A DNA stretch of 64,000 bases from the human T2T-CHM13v2.0 reference genome, Homo sapiens, in assembly GCF_009914755.1 (NCBI RefSeq), contig NC_060932.1, one strand, 5' to 3'. Positions 28,775 to 43,182 of this stretch are shown here, one piece after another. The notes beneath the pieces were generated by a model. The model saw only the letters and a program-made list of their open reading frames with translations. It was not told where the DNA came from and did no database searches. Position numbers and translations under genes: made by a program. Position 1 is the stretch's first letter, and every line of letters starts with the position of its first letter.

Positions 28775-29073
28775 AGCACTTCTCAAACTATTAATATCTG
28801 TGAAGAAGAAACAGTTTTGTTTGTTTTTCTTATCTGTCATAGACCAGTACTTGTGTAAAATATAATAAAAATGAATTACTAGAAAATTTAAAAAGATATG
28901 CAAAATACCAGCTCCAATATTTTATTATTATATTCAACTAATATAAAATCATTCTGTCAAATAGCTATAAACATTTCTAAATGCTCATTCTCAGTCTCTT
29001 TACTTTCTTATGGGCAACTGGTGACAAATACTTCCTAGACCAGTATGGAGCCACATTTTTTTTGGTAGCACTG
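28775..29073. mobile_element. hAT-Charlie MITE (subfamily not resolved)
   Basis: Inverted termini CAGCACTTCTCAAA ... TTTGGTAGCACTG around an AT-rich interior. Confidence 0.55.
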
Positions 29074-29379
29074 AAGTCAGTGAGCCTTCTAAGTAGAAGG
29101 CACCTCACAAATGGCTATGGATTTTCTGCTCTTGTTCATGTGATTATTATTTGAAAACTGGCTTTTTCTTTTCCTCCTTTTGCAATTTCAGGTTTCACTG
29201 GAGCATGGACTAGGCTTGCTGAGTGGCTGATGGCATAAACAGACTGTATATGAGGCCAGGAGAGCCTCAGCACTGACCTCACCCAGGATACTACCAGCAG
29301 CTGCAGCAGACACACAGACTCTCTGATCTCACCAGGCTTTATAACCTTGCAGTGGCAGAGCCAACAGGTCATTCTCCAC

Positions 29380-29600
29380 TATCCCTTCTTCCCTTCTTCC
29401 ATAATAATAGAGTTTTAGATGGAAACATGGGTTCCCAGCTAAAGACTACATTTCCCAGCCTCCCTTGCAGCTAGGCATGGTCATGTGACTATGTGGCCAG
29501 TGGGATGTAAGCAGAAGTGATTCCTGTTCTCTTAATTATGTGACTGCTTCCCTGTCTCCCTTTCCCCACTTCCCATCAGCTGGAAGATCACAAGAACTAA
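29380..29600 (+). mobile_element. Old MaLR LTR fragment (MLT1H/I/J-like)
   Basis: actacatttcccagcctcccttgcagctaggcatggtcatgtgact...gggatgtaagcagaagtga. Confidence 0.65.
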
Positions 29601-29602
29601 TG

Positions 29603-30237
<635 letters not shown>

Positions 30238-31751
30238 CTAAAGTGCCATAGAATTTGTGCATTAACAGTAGAGTCACCCTAAAAGATCAGGATCTTCAAC
30301 CTACAGGCATATAAACCCATAGCATTTATTTGTCCAAGCCGCTCTATATGGAGGTTGTTCCGCCACAGTAGCCTAGCCTGGATCCTAATTCTGAAATGAG
30401 CAGTGGTAACAGATACCAGCAGGTCTGATTTCACCTGTATTCTGCACCCTTTCTTGGTATCTGAGGAAGGCTTGGATGATCCCGTACTCACAGTGAGTAA
30501 GGTTGCAGCTGAGATCTAAGGCCTGAGAAATGTGCAAACAAACACAGTCCCCTAACATCCTTCAAGTACTAATATGCCAGATACAATCCCATCAAATCCT
30601 CACAATAGCCCTTTGAGAAAGGGAGATATAGTTGGCTGCACCTTCTTGGAGCTTCTTCCCAAATCTACTCTCTCTCTGACAAGGACACAAGTCAAGAGGA
30701 ACTGAAACTGGGGAGACTGGAAAGCACAACAGCTGCAGAAACCCAGAATTAGGATGCAGAGCTACAGCCAAAGAGTAGGCTCCCACTTTGAGCAGCTAAC
30801 TAGAGTGAGCACCTACTGTTTGCCAGGCCCGAGCTAAGCATGAGATGCAGTGGTGAGCAAGCCAACAAGGGCCTGCCCACTTGAAGCTTGCTGCCTAGGT
30901 GGGAGGAGACCGAGGTTCAACAGAAAATCATGCATGTGATCATTAAAGTTGGGAAGAAAGTTAGGGAGGAAAAGACTACTGGGCCCAAAGTCGTGAGGAG
31001 CTTCAGGTAGGTGATAGGAATGGAGTCAGGTATAGAAGGCACAGTAACTGGGATGGGGGCTGACCTCTGGGGGATAGGGGGACATGGAAAAGACATTGGT
31101 TCCTCCCAATAAGGGAACCTAGTAGTCTCACCAGCACAAGGAGGCTGTCTGCATGTTTTTTATGGCACTACAAATGTGGCACCTTTGCCCTTAATAGTCC
31201 TAAAACCTGTCCTGTGCCCTAAGAATTTGACCTAAAGACTCTCTCACACTTCCTTGGTTTTACCCCAAGATGATTATTTTCAAAATGTATTTTAAAAAGA
31301 AGGAGCTGTGACTTCAGCTATTAACAAAATAACACTCCATATGTTTCTATCAAAAAGGCAATTTTTTGTGATTGAAGAACTCAGAGCCTCCTTGCTGAGA
31401 GGTTAAAGAGCCAGAACTGTGAGTTAGGCCTCTCTCTTCGTCTTTTGCTGATCCATGCAGCACAAGGGGCTGAGAAGTTTCTGGAAACAAGTCTGCTTTA
31501 TCATTTAGGGACGAATTCGTCTGGGAGTCTCCTGCTAAAAACATAACTCCCAAGTCCTGCCATATCAGTTCCCAGGGCTACTATATGCATTTTTGCAGTC
31601 GTCTAATTTAACTAGGGAGTAAGTAAAGTGGGGCAGTATTTTACGGAAGGATTCACAGTTTAAATGTTAAATGAGCAAACTTCTATCTGTCCTGCCAGGA
31701 GTTCAGGAGGGGCGGCCAGCTTTGGGGGGCATCTCATGCATAACAATTGTC

Positions 31752-32045
31752 AGCTCAGGCGGAGTACATGGCTCATGCCTGTAATCCTAACACTGGGAGG
31801 GCGAGGCGGGAAGGTTGCTTGAGGCCGGGAGTTCAAGACCAGCCTGGGTAACATATCCAGATCCTGTTTCCACAAAAACAAAACAAAAAACTAGTCAAGC
31901 ATGGTGGTACAAGCCTGTGTGCTTAGCTACTCAAGAGGCTGACGCCAGAGGATGGTTTGAGCCCAGGAGTTCAAGATGGCAGTAAGCTATGATTGCACCA
32001 CTGCACTCCAGCCTGGGTGACAGAAACCACATCTCTAAAACCAAA
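31752..32045 (+). mobile_element. AluJ
   Basis: Diverged dimeric Alu; degenerate TSD acaattgtcagc / acaactgttagc. Confidence 0.85.
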
Positions 32046-32610
32046 CAACTGTTAGCCCAGCCCTTGGATTTGAATCTGCACAGGCATGAGCCTCTGCCTA
32101 GTCTGGAGAGTCACTGGGAGCTGGGGGGACTGTGGATACGACTCCCCTCATGGCTTCCTGGAGGGTGAGTGCTGCTACTTTCCTCTTCCATAGAAATCTG
32201 GGCCTGGGGAAGGTGCCGAGGGATTCAGGAGCACCAAGGCCTGTCTGTCAGGCGAGGGTGGTGTCAGTGAGGCCAGGAGGGAGCAAAGTCAGGTGGTGGG
32301 AAGGGACAGTGGCTGCAGGGGGATCATGGTGTGAGGCCCACTTGGGAACACCCCGAGTCACAGTCTATACTCCATCCAGAGCCACTGGGAAGGGGTCCCA
32401 GCCTTTAGCCCCAACAGTGGGCTCCCCTGTGGTCAGAGAAGTTGAGCTGGTGGCTCCTCGGATGGGAGTCAGCCCCAGGCCTTTCTGACTCACTCCCTCC
32501 AGGAACAGAGGGGCAGAGGCCCAGAGCGGAGATGGTGAGCTGAGTGAGAACTCCAAATCCCCACGCCTCTGGCCTTCTCGCTGACCAATCCCTCCTTCCT
32601 TCCCTCTCAG

Positions 32611-32704
32611 GCTGACACCACCCCTAAGGCCAGCAGCCAAGAGTCTCAGCGGTGTCTTCAACTCAGCCAACCCAGGAGCTGCTCAGCCACCAGGAAAGAA
32701 AACC
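32611..32704 (+). other. Candidate 94-nt internal exon
   Basis: Branch-like CTGAC at 32581, tract ccctccttccttccctctCAG, donor ACC|GTGAGT; an upstream donor AGG|GTGAGT at 32165. Confidence 0.4.
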
Positions 32705-32748
32705 GTGAGTGTCCTACCAGGCAGCAGCACTGAGAGGGGGAAACTCTA

Positions 32749-33012
32749 ACACACACACACACAGGCACACACAGACATACATTCACACACACATATGCAC
32801 GTACACATGCACACACACAGATTCACACACACAGGTGCACGCAGACACACAGAGATTCACACACACACACGCATGCACACATGCACACACACAGATTCAC
32901 ACACAAATGCACAATGCACACACACAGATTCACATGCACGCTCACACATGCACACACACAGATTCACACACATGCACACGCAAATGCACATGCACACATG
33001 CACACACACACA
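32749..33012. repeat. Compound CA-rich repeat with a recurring ACAGATTCAC subunit
   Basis: Alternating purine/pyrimidine tract with about five (a/g)agattcac interruptions. Confidence 0.92.
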
Positions 33013-33038
33013 TACTGCATGCTACAAAACAAGAATTA

Positions 33039-33251
<213 letters not shown>

Positions 33252-33755
33252 TTACCTGGAGAGTGATAAAATTTAGTCACACACTTTTAAAATTGAGAGC
33301 AGAGGCATAATCATTGTTCAATAAATGCCAGTTGCTTGATGCGAGCAGAATAGAGGTAGTGGTGCTTTCACAAAGAGAAGGGAAAGAGGCAAGAGAGAGA
33401 TAAAAGAAGAAGGGGTAGCAGTGAGATGGGAGAGGAGGGGACACACAAAAGTGGAGGGGACACAGTGGAGTGAGAGGAGAGGATCTGGGGACAGGTGCTG
33501 GGGAGAGCAACTGCGTTGCTGCTCAGATGGGAAGGAAAAGAAAGAAAAGCAGAGGAGACTGAGACAGGAACCTGGTCCTAAGGGAGCTGTGCTTCTGCAC
33601 CACCAGGCTGGTGTCAGACATGGACACAGTACTGTGCACTACCGGCTCTTATGCAGGCTTCATCAGAGTGGAGCATCGTGAGGAAAAGGGGAAACCGGGG
33701 AGGCACAGTCAAGGTAGGGACCAGTTGTGGCAGCAGGTACATGCCACCCTCCAGC

Positions 33756-33921
33756 CAGTGGTTCTGCTGCTCAGCAATCACCTGGGAGCTTTGAAAACAA
33801 CTGCAGCTTGGACCCTACCCCCACAGGTTCTGCATTAACTGGTCTGGGAAGGGGCCCTGGCAGCAGAATTTATTAAAATTCCCCCAGATTCCTCTAATAT
33901 GCAGCCCAAGTTGAAACCACC
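33756..33921. mobile_element. MER5-family hAT MITE
   Basis: cagtggttct...aatcacctgggagctttg...ctaatatgcagcccaagttgaaaccac. Confidence 0.7.
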
Positions 33922-35883
33922 CAATTTCCCGTTTAAGGGGGAAGGAGAAAACGTTCCTCAGGCCCCTACTATGTGCTGCCCACTGCCCCACAAGGTAGGT
34001 ATCCTGATGCCTGGTCTACAAGTGATAAACTGAGTTTCTGCAAGACAAAGGGACTTGTCTGAGTTGTTGCTACTAAGGTGCAGAGCTATGAGGGGAATTC
34101 AGATCTGACTTCAAACTCACACTTTCCCCACCCAACAAGCAGAGGCCCACCCATGGGGGGTGGACCCTGACAGGATCACCCTGGCTTCCCCAGTCTGCTG
34201 GTCCCCACTCCAGTGTGAATGGCTCCCTGCTCCTTAGCCAAGGAGATCTTCGAGAGAAAGTCTGAGCTATTGCTGACAAAGCTTGCATCTGTACAGCTCT
34301 TAGCATTTTCAGAGCTTCTCCCACACATGATCTTATTTGATCCTCACACCTACACCATGAGGTGAGCTCAGCAAGAGGGATCATTGAGTCCACCCTACAG
34401 TGGAAGGGACTAAAACTCCAAGAAGCCAGTGATTTGTCCAGGGTCACAGAGCTCATTAATTGGCCTAGAGAAAACCAGAATCCAGCTCTTCTGTCTTTAA
34501 GACCAGCACTTTTTCCTATCTCATTCCTGAATCAGGGTGTGGATGATCTGGTATTGCTGGAGGAAACCACAACTAGCCACAGAGCAAGCAACTAGCTTAG
34601 CACAGTCAGGGACAGGGCCACTGCTTAATAGCAGAAGGCTCTTAGGAAAACACTGGGATGTAAATGCTGTTGGTTATGATGATTATTACTGAGCTATGCA
34701 AAGACGTTGCATGCCCTGTGAATCAAACATCGGAAAACAATATCCGGCAAGTTCAGGTTTTAGTGGGAAAAAAATGTTTTGGAAATCAAGATTAAATTAG
34801 AGACCTGTCTGTATTTATCTTCATTTGAAGCAACCCTCTCAAGCAGATGTCAGCAGGCCACCGAGGGCAGGGACCCAGCAGTATGGCCCAGGGCCTTCCT
34901 ACCTGGTGAGAACATGCTCCCTGACCCCCGCCTTGTCCCGACACCTTGGCAAGGCGAGTTCTGTCCTGCTGGAAGAGGCATAGTTGGAAACCAGCTTGGG
35001 CTCTGCATGGTAAGAGGTAAGACCTCTGGGTGAGAGGCGTGTTGAACAGCACATGACTCAGAGCATGATTGCTGCTTGCCGCAGGTCTATGGGGACTTCT
35101 GACTCACCTGTCTTGGCCAAATGGGATTGTTAAGAGGCCAGAGAAAGAGTAAAGACAGCAGAGTTGGAAACCCAGGAGACAAATTCCCAGGCTGTCAGAG
35201 GCAGCTCCTGAGGCCCCTCCTCCCTGGGAAGGTGCAGGGAGACACCGCAGGCCTCCACGTGTCCTCAGCTGACCCAGCTAGAAGCTGATGTCTGAATTCC
35301 CAAAGAGGGTCCCATGGCACAGTTGACCTGTAATGCCGCTCACGGTGCAGCTGAGGGGCAAGACAAATGTGCAGGGACAGTGGCCAGTGGTGCACCGCCC
35401 AGCCACAGCCTCTGGGAGATCCAGCATAGTGAGGAGTGAGTGCATCGCAGCTGGAAGGGTGAGGGCGGGCTCCAGGCTGCCCCTGCCCTGCTGGGCTCTG
35501 TGGGGGTGTGGACATGGTTTATCAGCTCAGGGGTTTTGGTTCCAAGCTACAAAGTACAAAATACAATCCTAACTTTAGCAAAAAGAGGAATTTACTGGTC
35601 ACTTATAATCGGTGTGTGAATAATGACGAATCAAGGTTGAATGAACAGAGATAAGTTGACAAATAGCCATACGTAAGCCAGAAAGTGACAAATACTAAAG
35701 GTCTGAACAAAGTGCTACAAAGCAGAACCTGGTCACATCTGGCCGGAGATGGAGAACCATCTCCTGAAGGAAGCTCAAGAATGGAAGAACGCTGAGTAGG
35801 AACGCAGGAGGTCTCTCGAAGGTGACCATACAGTGTCTTCCCTCAGGAGTAGAATTCTCAGACAGAGAACTGATTGTCTTGTC

Positions 35884-36000
35884 TTTTTTTACTTTAATTT
35901 TTTAAAATAGAGATGGGGTCTTGCTCTTTTGCCTAGGTTGTCCTCAAACTCGTGGCCTCAAGCAGTCTTCCTGCATTGGCCTCCCAAAGTGCTGGGATTA
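35884..36000 (-). mobile_element. FLAM or Alu left-arm fragment
   Basis: tagagatggggtcttgct...ggcctcccaaagtgctgggatta. Confidence 0.8.
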
Positions 36001-37477
36001 GAACTCTACCCTGACTGGCTAATCTTGGGCTATGGGCCAACCCCTGAGGCCAGGGATCCTGCGATTGGCAGCTCCGGTGGACAAAGACTAGTTCCCCAGA
36101 GGAAAAGAAGAGCCTATCACTCACTCCTACGGGGTGGAGCAGTGAGGGATGGTGGGAGGCAAGACAGACATCCTCTGCAGGTAAGAGAGGAGGGAGAGGG
36201 CTGGAAATCAGGGGAACTGTCTGACTAAGGAAACAGTTGGGATGATTCATGGATGAGATGGGGCAGGGAAGAGATGGGCCTGGCCCGAGCCCAGGGTGGG
36301 TGTCAGACATGGACACAGATTGCATTGTTTCATCTGCCTGGAAGCCACACCTCCCACCCCTCCCCTCCTTCTGGGAAATTACCCTCCCTCTTTCTCCACC
36401 CCCACCTGTGTCTCTTGGGTCACCTGGAAGCTACTCTGACATCCTATACTAGTGGCTCAATCCAGGGGTGTCACTGGACCCAGCCCGGGCCAACCATGGT
36501 ACTCAGCCCTTAAGCAAAACCATTGCCTAGTAGGTCCTTAAACAAGTTTGAGCTGCATTTCTGTCCTTTGCAGCTGTCTACATTCAGGGGTCTATCTGAA
36601 GCCCAGTTCTTGCCCTTCTGGAGCTCAAAATAAAGCAAGGGAGGTAATGATGACAAACATAGCTAGAATACAATGTGAGTGTACTTATCTCATGTTTCTG
36701 TTTGTTCCCATAAGTGAAAATATGAATATCCAGGTAAATACACGTAAGTACAAGCCATGTGCACACATTGGTGTATGCAGGTACTGGAAGCACACAAGAG
36801 AGGAAGAGGGGCTTCTCAGGTGAGAGACCAGCTGGAGAAAAGAGTGCGCATGAGAGAGCACTTGACAGTTCCAGGGAATTCTGCCCAGCGTGACTGGAGT
36901 GCAGCACACACCTCAAGGAGTGTCTGGGCATGAGGGAAGAACCTGTCGGAGCTGAGCCTCACATGTGTTGGGAAACAGTTTGGATTTCATTCTCAGGCAT
37001 GGGAGAAATGCCATCAAAGGTGTGGCAGTTTGGGAGCTGTGTTTTTGAGCAGCACCTGGTGGCAATGTGGTGACCAGGCCCCCTCCCCTGTCGAGTGAGC
37101 TTCAGGAAGGCCCCAGAGCTACTGCAATCACAGAGGACAAGGGGTTCAGCGGCCAGAGGGCAGACTCTCACAGGTTGTGTCGAAGACAAGACGAAGATGT
37201 GTTGGGGGGCAGAGCCAGCGGCTCCCAAACTGAGTCATCAGCCACGGGCTGTAAAAGGAGGTTCTCAAGGAGGGGAGGCCAAAGGGGGAGGGTGGCAGGG
37301 GAGTGGAGAGGCTAAGGAAAGGGGAAAGCCCAAAGCGAGAAGTGGCAGAGCCAGGAAGCAGGCGTGAGCAGAACTAACTCCAGCTCGGGTGGACTCCCAC
37401 GAGCTCATCATGTCACCTTGGAGGAGCTCGCAGGAAATCCCGGGTCCACTTAAAGGGGCCCGAGTAGGACAGGAGCA

Positions 37478-37607
37478 GTTATGACAGCTACAACATCACT
37501 AGGAGACAGGAATTTTTCAGCTCTATGATAATCTGACCATGATACATGACCGCTGTCACATTTGCAGTCCACTATTGACCAAAATGCCGATATTGGCACA
37601 AGACTGT
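37478..37607. mobile_element. Tigger3/MER7-like terminal fragment
   Basis: catcactaggagacaggaatttttcagctc...tattgaccaaaatg...gactgta. Confidence 0.6.
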
Positions 37608-37671
37608 ATATACATTTATTGCATCATGTTTTACTAGCTGCACGATATATTCCAATGCATTTTCCCTAACT

Positions 37672-37990
37672 TGTTTTATTTTTTTTAATTTAATTTTATT
37701 TTTTGAGACAGAGTCTTACTCTGTCACCCAGGCTGGAGAGCAGCGGTGCAATCTCAGCTCATTGCAACCCTCTGCCTCCTGGGTTAAAGCAATTCTTGTG
37801 TCACAGCCCCTCCCGGTGTAGTTGGGATTACAGGTGTGCATTGCCATGCCCAGCTAATTTTTGTAATTTTAGCAGAGATGGGGTTTTGCCATGTTGGCCA
37901 GGCTGGTCTCGAACTTCTGGCCTCAACCAATCTGCCCCCCTCAGCCTCCCAAAGTGCTGGGATTACAAGTGTGAGCCACTGCTCCTAGCC
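37672..37990 (-). mobile_element. Alu (J/S)
   Basis: Reverse dimeric Alu with T-rich tail. Confidence 0.9.
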
Positions 37991-38355
37991 TCCAACTTAT
38001 TTATTACTCTATAGAGAAATATGTAGATTATTTCTCATTTTTCCTATTACAACTTGTGCTTTAACAAGCACCTTGGAACAAAAGTACTTGGATATATGTG
38101 CAAAAATGTATGCAAGATATATTTCTAGTAATGGTCAAAGGGTACGCATATTTTTGTGTAGTAAGTGTTGCCCAATTCCTCTCCAAAAAGATGTAGCAAT
38201 TTATAGTCTCAACAACAGTGTATAAAGTGCTTATTTTCTTACCCATACTGGATATCAACAATCTTCTAAAACTTTTGTCACTATATTTCATTATTCTTTG
38301 GATTTGTATTCCTTTGATTATTAGTAAGGCTGAGCATCTTTTCATCTGTTTCTAG

Positions 38356-39233
<878 letters not shown>

Positions 39234-39476
39234 TGATCAATTTCTTTATAAAAGCTGGGTTTCATATGATTTTATGCTTGGAAAGGCTTTCCACATTTCA
39301 AGATAATATTTCTTCTAATTCTTTGATAGTTTCATATTTTACATTTAAACTTTGATCCATCTGTAATTTATTTAGTGATTGGAGTGTGGTAGGGATACAA
39401 GTTTATTTATTCAAATGGCTCTCTAGTTTTCCCAATACCATCTAATGAACCGTCCATTTTTCTCATTTGGTTTTAA

Positions 39477-39785
<309 letters not shown>

Positions 39786-40079
39786 TAAATGCTGACTTTT
39801 TCATACAGTCAAATGTTATGTATTTTATGTCCATTTCACAGACAAGAAAACAGAAACTCAAAGAGATTAAGCAATTTGCTTGAGGTTGAACAAGGAGCTA
39901 GTGACAGCCCAGACTTGGAAACCATCTATACTGCTTTCAGTACAACCTGCCAGACAGGGAGAAGTCAGCCAGAGTCAGTGACTAGCTGGAGAGGAAAAGG
40001 ACGGGTTGCTTCAATAGTGAACCTATCAATCGTGGCACTGAAAGTCAGGAAACTCGATCTTTTGAGCCAGTTTTAAGAT

Positions 40080-40300
40080 AAAAGATACTTCATGTGATGA
40101 TGAGTACAGTTTGGGATATGTCAGAGTGGAGATGGTACCCCGATAAAGGAGTAACCAGGTGGAAATTTCCAGAACCAGAGTTTGAGAGAAGAGACAATAG
40201 CATGAGTCATGATGGGGGTCATGGGAACTAAGGGAGAGGGAGGTGTTAAGCATGACTACCATCATGGGCACAAGACCAGCATGGGGACGAGAGCAGCGTA
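40080..40300 (-). mobile_element. L2 fragment
   Basis: gatgatgagtacagtttgggatatgtcagagtggagatg...ccaggtggaaatttccag. Confidence 0.5.
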
Positions 40301-41509
40301 GGGACAGGGGTGCTGGCTTCATCACGACAGGATGAGTGCAAGGAGAAAGAGGTTGTCGGGGGAAGGAGAGGGCCTAGAGAGTTCACTCTGGGGCCAGATG
40401 GATTGCAGCTGCTGGCTGAGCCCCCCAGTAAGCAGTGAGATACACAGACCTGGAGGTCAGCCTAGCTCCTTCCTGAGGGAAGATGGAGTGGAGTGGCGCA
40501 GTGAGAGAAGGGCAGGCCAACAGGGACAGGGGAGCCAGGAAGATAATAGATTTGAAATGAAGAAAGGACCATTCGTTGCCAAAGGATGGAGGAGGGAGAC
40601 TGAAAGTCCTCAAGAAGCAGCCAAGAATTTTGGTGCCAAAAAATAAGGACTTTTAGATGAAGCAAAGAAATCTATAAGCTGACCCACAATGACAATCCCT
40701 AAATGGTGAGTACCCATATGATTGCCAACGTTTGTTGTAAAGCTTTGTTGTTGCACTCCTGGAGGCTGGGTGAGTTTATGATGCTGTTCCAAGAAGAACG
40801 GGGCCCAGAGAGAAGTGAGAGCCACATTGCCTGTTCACTCGTTGTAAGAGGCAATCTCAGACAGGTCACGTGCTAAATTGTGGCAGTAGAGACCCAATTC
40901 ATAGGAGGCAGAGGAGAAAGCTCTTGCCAAGGCTTGAAGTCACCCTCTGTAGCTTCCTGGAGGCAAGTCTTGATAGCTGGGTAGAAATTGAAGGACTTGT
41001 GAGCAAGATTAGTTAGGTGGGGAGAAGCCTGCCTGTTGCCAACCTGGAAACTCAATGGGGAAAAGAAATAGGAATCTGTGAAGGTTTTTGAGCAAAGGAA
41101 TAACACTGAGAAAGTAGCATTTTAGGAAGAATTGTCTGGCAGGCAATGTTAGACAAGGTAACAGAGTCTAGAAGGTCCAGAGGTGGCTTTTGGGAAATGT
41201 TTATTTAGCAAACATTTCCTGGGAATGAATTACACATCAGGTACTTGGTATAGGCACAGAGATGAGCACAGATAGGCACAGAGAGCAAAGACGTTGGAGC
41301 AGGATGAGGAAAAGCTTCCTAGAGGAGTCAGGTTCTGAAAGATAAATAGGAATTTTCCAGTCAAGCCCCCTCCTGGGTGGAAATGCCTTTACCTTTAGGA
41401 ATACATATTTAAAAGTCCAACAATATAAAAGGGATGCAGTAAAAGTCGATCAACATAACTTGGCTTGCAGTGCCTCCACCCCAAAGGCAGCCACCGTCAG
41501 TAGCTTCTA

Positions 41510-41765
41510 GCATAGAGTAGCGGTTAAATTCATAGGCTCTGCTACTAACCTGCCTAGATTGAATCTCAGCTCCATCACTTGCTAGTTGATGACTTTGGGC
41601 AACTAGCTTAGCTTCTCTGTGCTTCAGTTTTCTCATTCAGATGAAGAGGTTGATGATGATAAGACCTAGCTGCAGAGTTGTTGAAAAAATTAACTGAGTT
41701 AAATTGTGTAAAGGGTCTAGAATAGTGCCTGGAGCACCGTGAATACACAGTACATGTCAGTACTC
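41510..41765 (+). mobile_element. MIR, near full length
   Basis: gtagcggttaaa...ctgcctagattgaatctcagctccatcacttgctag...ttgggcaactagcttagcttctctgtgcttcagttttctcat...tagaatagtgcctgg. Confidence 0.85.
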
Positions 41766-41876
41766 TTGTGACCCTCTGAGTGCTGAATGTGTATGTGTAT
41801 CATCAGTTGGTATGGATGAGGATAAGATAGGATAGTGCATATAAAATGCAAATGGTATTCACCAAAACAATGTGTT

Positions 41877-42104
41877 AGCCAGGCACAGTGGTTTACACCT
41901 GTAATCCCAGCACTTTGGGAGGCTGAGGTACGCAGATCACTTGAGGCCAGGAGTTTGAGACCAAGCTGGCCAACACAGAGAAACCCTGTGTCTACTAAAA
42001 ATACAAAAAAAAAAAAATTAGCTGGGCATGGTGGTGCACGCCTATAATCCCAAATACTCAGGAGGCTGAGGCACGAGAATCATTTGAGCCTGGGAGCTCA
42101 AAAA
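41877..42104 (+). mobile_element. Alu with a deleted right-arm 3' half
   Basis: Left arm and linker intact; right arm jumps from cctgggag to ctcaaaaa. Confidence 0.85.
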
Positions 42105-42361
42105 GTTCACCAAAAAAACACTTTTTGGTGAATACCAAAAAATTACAATTGTTGCTGCTCTCATTAGTGCAGCAGTGAGGATGAGATAGGATAGTGCATA
42201 CAAAATGCAAAGAATGGTATTCACAAAAAAAAAAAAAAAGTGTTGTTGCCCTCATTAGTGCAGCCGCGTAGTCAGTCAGCTGGCCAGTGGGAATCAAGGC
42301 CAAGGCTTCTGCCAAGGATGATCAACTATAGATGTGTTGAATAAATGAATGAGGAGTGAAT

Positions 42362-42674
42362 CTTTCTTTGTTTTTTTGTTTTGTTTTGTTTTTTCTTTTT
42401 TGAGACAAAGTCTCGCTCTGTCACCCAGGCTGGAATGCAGTGGTGAAATCTTGGCTCACTGCAACCTCTGCCTCCCAAGTGGAAGTGATTCTCAGCCTTC
42501 CAAGTAGCTGGGACTACAGGCCTGCACCACCATGCCCAGCTAATTTTTGAAATTTTTGTCAAGATCAGGTTTCACTGTTGCCCAGGCTGGTCTTGAACTC
42601 CTGACCTCAAGTGATCCACCTGCCTCAGCCTCCTAAAGGGCTGGGATTCCAGGTGTAAGCTACCACACCTGGAC
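42362..42674 (-). mobile_element. Alu (J/S)
   Basis: Reverse Alu; TSD GAGTGAAT. Confidence 0.9.
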
Positions 42675-42799
42675 TGTGAGTGAATGTTTCACCTTACAAT
42701 CACAAGACTGACTACATCAGTTCCATGCTTCTTATCCTGATTTTTTTTAAGTGCAAAAGTAGGAAGAAAGGGAGTTTCTCTTTGTGCCAGAGAGTCTTC

Positions 42800-43182
42800 A
42801 GTAACTCAGCACCATTCCCTACCTAGCTAGCAGGGATCTGGGTTCGATTCCATCAATGAGAGGTACTTCTGCAAGATCTGGAAGAAGGAAGAGAAGAGCA
42901 GACACAAGACTGTGTAGTGGCTTCCAGGAATTAGCATGAAAGTCACCCGTTTTGGTCTACAGACACTTGTGATCATCACTGCAGTCTCCTGCAGTTTCTG
43001 TAACTTCCTGACTCTCTAAAAGCTAGCAGCCATCCTGAGAGGTAAGACTAGTTTGCCTTTACTTTTCTTCCTCCAACACTCTCAGTAGTTTTGTAACCAC
43101 TTAATTCCCTATATTAAACCCCTTTCTGTTTGAAATACCTGGGGTGGTGTCTGTTTTCCCAACTGGACTATAACTAAACACT
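42800..43182 (+). mobile_element. ERVL LTR fragment (LTR33/LTR41-related)
   Basis: 3' end ttgtaacc...ccctatattaaacccctttctgtttgaaatacctggggtggtgtctgttttcc. Confidence 0.55.

Noticed and set aside
30485-30499. TACTCAC-A-GTGAGTA palindrome giving GTGAGT donors on both strands
   Set aside because: 7-bp arms are expected by chance in 64 kb, and the exonic positions fit the donor consensus poorly
37047-37066. CTCF-like motif (minus strand CCACCAGGTGCTGC)
   Set aside because: Mismatch in the conserved GGC core; cannot be supported without a PWM scan or ChIP data
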